From Clostridia bacterium (GTDB lineage: Bacteria > Bacillota > Clostridia > Oscillospirales > Acutalibacteraceae): a stretch of 64,000 nt of DNA. The stretch lies in the NCBI GenBank assembly GCA_017432485.1, contig JAFRJB010000018.1, positions 1,953 through 65,952 on the forward strand. The letters are read 5' to 3'. The translations under genes were made by a program, and so were the position numbers. This document shows positions 61,555 to 64,000 of the stretch, piece by piece; the first letter of the stretch is position 1, and each line of letters starts with the position of its first letter. The notes under the pieces were generated by a model. The model did no database searches, was not told where the DNA came from, and saw only the letters and a list, made by a program, of their open reading frames with translations.

Positions 61555-64000
61555 AGTATGTTCATGAAAAAACGAATACTAATTATATCAAATTTGCCTT
61601 ACAAAGAAACCAACTATATCTTACAGAATACAGAATATGTGTATTATAATAATTCAAAACAGAATTTAGAGGAAATATTAGCAAATAGCAATTTTGACTT
61701 TGTTATTCCATTATCCGAAGAGATTAATTACAATGGCATTAGTATGAATGTTCTGAAATTATTAGAGAGTTATGGATTAGAACACTTCACAAATAACTAT
61801 TTAAAATCGTTAATTGCAAAAGAAAAGTCTGTTTTTTTAATGAACAGTAATTACGGATATCCATTTGAAGTTGTTACCTCAAACGATTGTAATGCTGTAA
61901 TCAGTTCGCTAAAGAATTCTGATTTCCCAATATTAATAACTACTCCTGATAATAAAGAATATTTAAGTAACAATATTGATGAATATACAGCTATCTCAGA
62001 AGAATTAATTAATAATCAATTTAGATATTTTATAATATATAAAAAATATTCTTTTGAAAAAACCATTACTATAGCGATTTTAGGTAATAAGGGCAACTAT
62101 TGTTACATTTCTTCATTTTGCGAACAAAATGAAAATGATATTTTAAAACAAATATCGCTTAGATTGTTTACTAAGTATAACTTAAAGGATTTTGCAGAAT
62201 TTACCTATGTTAAAAAAGACGGTAATTATTATTTAATTAATATCAATTTACATAATATAGAGAACTGTAATTTTGTTAAACTCATATTCAATAAATTTAA
62301 TGTTAACTATGAGCAACTAATATATTTATTTACTTTGATTTTATATTCATCAAAAGACCAGTATCAAATCTATATTAATGAACTTATCTCATTTGTTCCA
62401 CTAGAGATTATTTTAGATATCCTACCGGTAGAAGTTTTATTGAATGGAGATTTTCAAATTAACTATAATATTGTCTGTAATAAACTGAAGAATAGACTTT
62501 TACTTAAAGACGATAGTAATAGATATGAATTCATTAATTTGATTCAAAATAGCTTTGAGAGTATTCCTGAAATATCCAATAATTCGGCATATATTGGGAC
62601 TGTTGATTTTGATTATGATCAATACTTGTCAGAATATGAAAGTATTCCTGAGGTGCCACAATCACAGGAGAGCGTTTTAAAAGCATCACTTCAAATTCTT
62701 AATGGACAAATTAGATGGAACTCTCCTTTAACTTTTTATAATATATGTCCGCCTACTATGATGGGAACTGTAGCCGCATCGACTATAACCAATATATATA
62801 ACCCCAATGGAATGATTGATAAAACGTCGGCTGGATATCATTCAATGGAAAAACAAATTGTTCGACAACTTTCAAAACTGCTGGGTATTGATGATAAACA
62901 ATCAGCAGGCATATTTACATCGGGTGGTAAAGTATGTATAACATACGCATTGAAATGCGGCTTAAATAGATGTCAAAGGGACTTTGAATCAGAAAAAGAA
63001 CCAGTAGTTATTACTTCTAATGCAAATCATTTTTCAATTGAAGATGCAGCGTATCAACTGGGAATTAAAAACTGTGTTAGAATACCAATCACCGACTCAC
63101 AGGAAATAGATTATTTTGAATTTGAAAATTGCATTAAAAATTGCATGAAAAAGAAGATTCCAATTGCATGTATAATTGTTTCAGGCGGAAACACGATGCA
63201 TTCAGTTGTCGAAGACATTAACAAAATACATCAAATTGTTTACCACTATAAAGAGAAATACAATTTATCATATTATCCATATATTTATTATGATTTGGTA
63301 GTTTGTTGGCCATGGCTATTTTATAAATATTATGATTTTAACACTAATAACCTGAGTTTAGATAAAAACTTAATTAAAAAGATAAAACACACTTCTGATA
63401 TTTTATTAAATTCACATTTAGCAGATGGCTTCGGTTTTGATTTTCATAAAGGAGGCTTTTCTCCATACACTACAAGTTTATTTATTACCAAAAACGGTGA
63501 TGATTTGTATCGATTAAATAGTTTAAAGGGAGAAATTAGAAATGCATCATGTTACTACTCCTTTACTAATTCAAGAAACACAACAGGCATTATATCAGCA
63601 TGGAATGTATTACAAAGCGTAGGTATACTGGGATTCCAATCATATATCGCCAATATGATTAAAAATTCACTAAAATTGAGTGATGTTTTTAGTCACTCCA
63701 GTATTTCAATTTTAGGTAAAGAGTATACCTACGGATTTGCTATAATACTGTGGTTAAAATCACCAATACTTAAAAAATATACTTTTTCAAGTATTACCGA
63801 AACAAACGAATTACTAAATGAAAACAATAAATATATATATGAATTTACGGAGTATTTAAAACATAATAACAAGCAAATAATATGTATGAGATACTTGCCG
63901 AGATACTATTATAAAAATGAGAAAATTAGTGTTATTTCACTATTGCCTATGACAATGAATTTAGATTCGGAAAACGCTCCTATAATTGCACAAGAAATAA
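61555..64000 (+). CDS. fusion protein: N-terminal ATP-grasp-like (Ddl-like) region plus C-terminal PLP-dependent group II decarboxylase-like domain. Partial; the 3' end lies beyond the window
   Basis: Not in the track because it is open to the window end. My translation from ATG 61555 (after TGGAG) gives MKKRILIISNLPYKE...LLESYGLEHFTNNYLKSLIAKEKSVF...DFAEFTYVKKDGNYYLININ, then ...GIFTSGGKVCITYALKCG...IIVSGGNTMHSVVED...GFGFDFHKGGFSPYTT (HK = PLP lysine). I saw no in-frame stop. Confidence 0.65.

Larger units (their letters stand above)
8036..64000. mobile_element. integrative conjugative element (Gram-positive MPF-FA-like T4SS ICE), left part only. The left junction is approximate and the right end lies beyond the window
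   Basis: Relaxase plus MobC, VirD4-like, VirB4-like, VirB6-like, PrgI, a Maff2-like protein, an NlpC/P60 hydrolase, PcfB, ParB-like, ArdC_N-like and a polyvalent SNF2/MTase protein all lie on one strand. Composition drops abruptly after the ppdK terminator. No recombinase is present in the window. Confidence 0.8.

Overview
The first ~8 kb is visibly GC-richer Firmicutes/Clostridia-type chromosome. It carries mfd (partial), pth and glmU on the minus strand and ppdK on the plus strand. ppdK has an in-frame TAG. From ~8.04 kb to the window end lies a large integrative conjugative element (ICE) of the clostridial CD1108/CD1110/CD1112/CD1115 type. Its modules, in order:
- a ParB-like gene;
- a surface/adhesion module (lipoprotein, 1281-aa CnaB-repeat wall-anchored adhesin, BspA-type LRR protein);
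- a DNA-processing/establishment module (small paralogous proteins, a ~2877-aa polyvalent ArdC_N/MutS-I/N6-MTase/SNF2 protein, DUF3991-Toprim, MobC, relaxase, PcfB, ArdC_N-like protein);
- a T4SS module (VirD4-like, Maff2-like, VirB6-like, PrgI, VirB4-like, Cys-rich protein, NlpC/P60 hydrolase).

Two AT-rich insertions with their own promoters and terminators split the T4SS operon: a lipoprotein plus ROK regulator, and a DUF4143 AAA ATPase. After the last backbone gene (48.16 kb) comes a very AT-rich ~16 kb cargo island that holds the most interesting material:
1. a graspetide-like precursor/ATP-grasp/membrane-protein trio;
2. an operon of a ThsB-type TIR-like protein, Nmad2-like, aGPT-pyrophosphorylase-like, a ThyA-family hydroxymethylase with a cytosine-type Asp, and a TM protein, which I read as a predicted nucleotide/DNA base-modification system;
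3. a DUF4238 gene;
4. a gene set tied together by three copies of a 19-bp dyad: a STAND-like ATPase, two ATP-grasp ligases, an ATP-grasp-like/PLP-decarboxylase fusion, and a Schlafen/AlbA_2-HATPase-wHTH regulator that contains a 13-nt x4 frameshift-prone tandem repeat.

I saw no integrase, rRNA, tRNA or CRISPR array. The ICE right end lies beyond 64000. All family assignments come from motif recognition by eye, not from searches.
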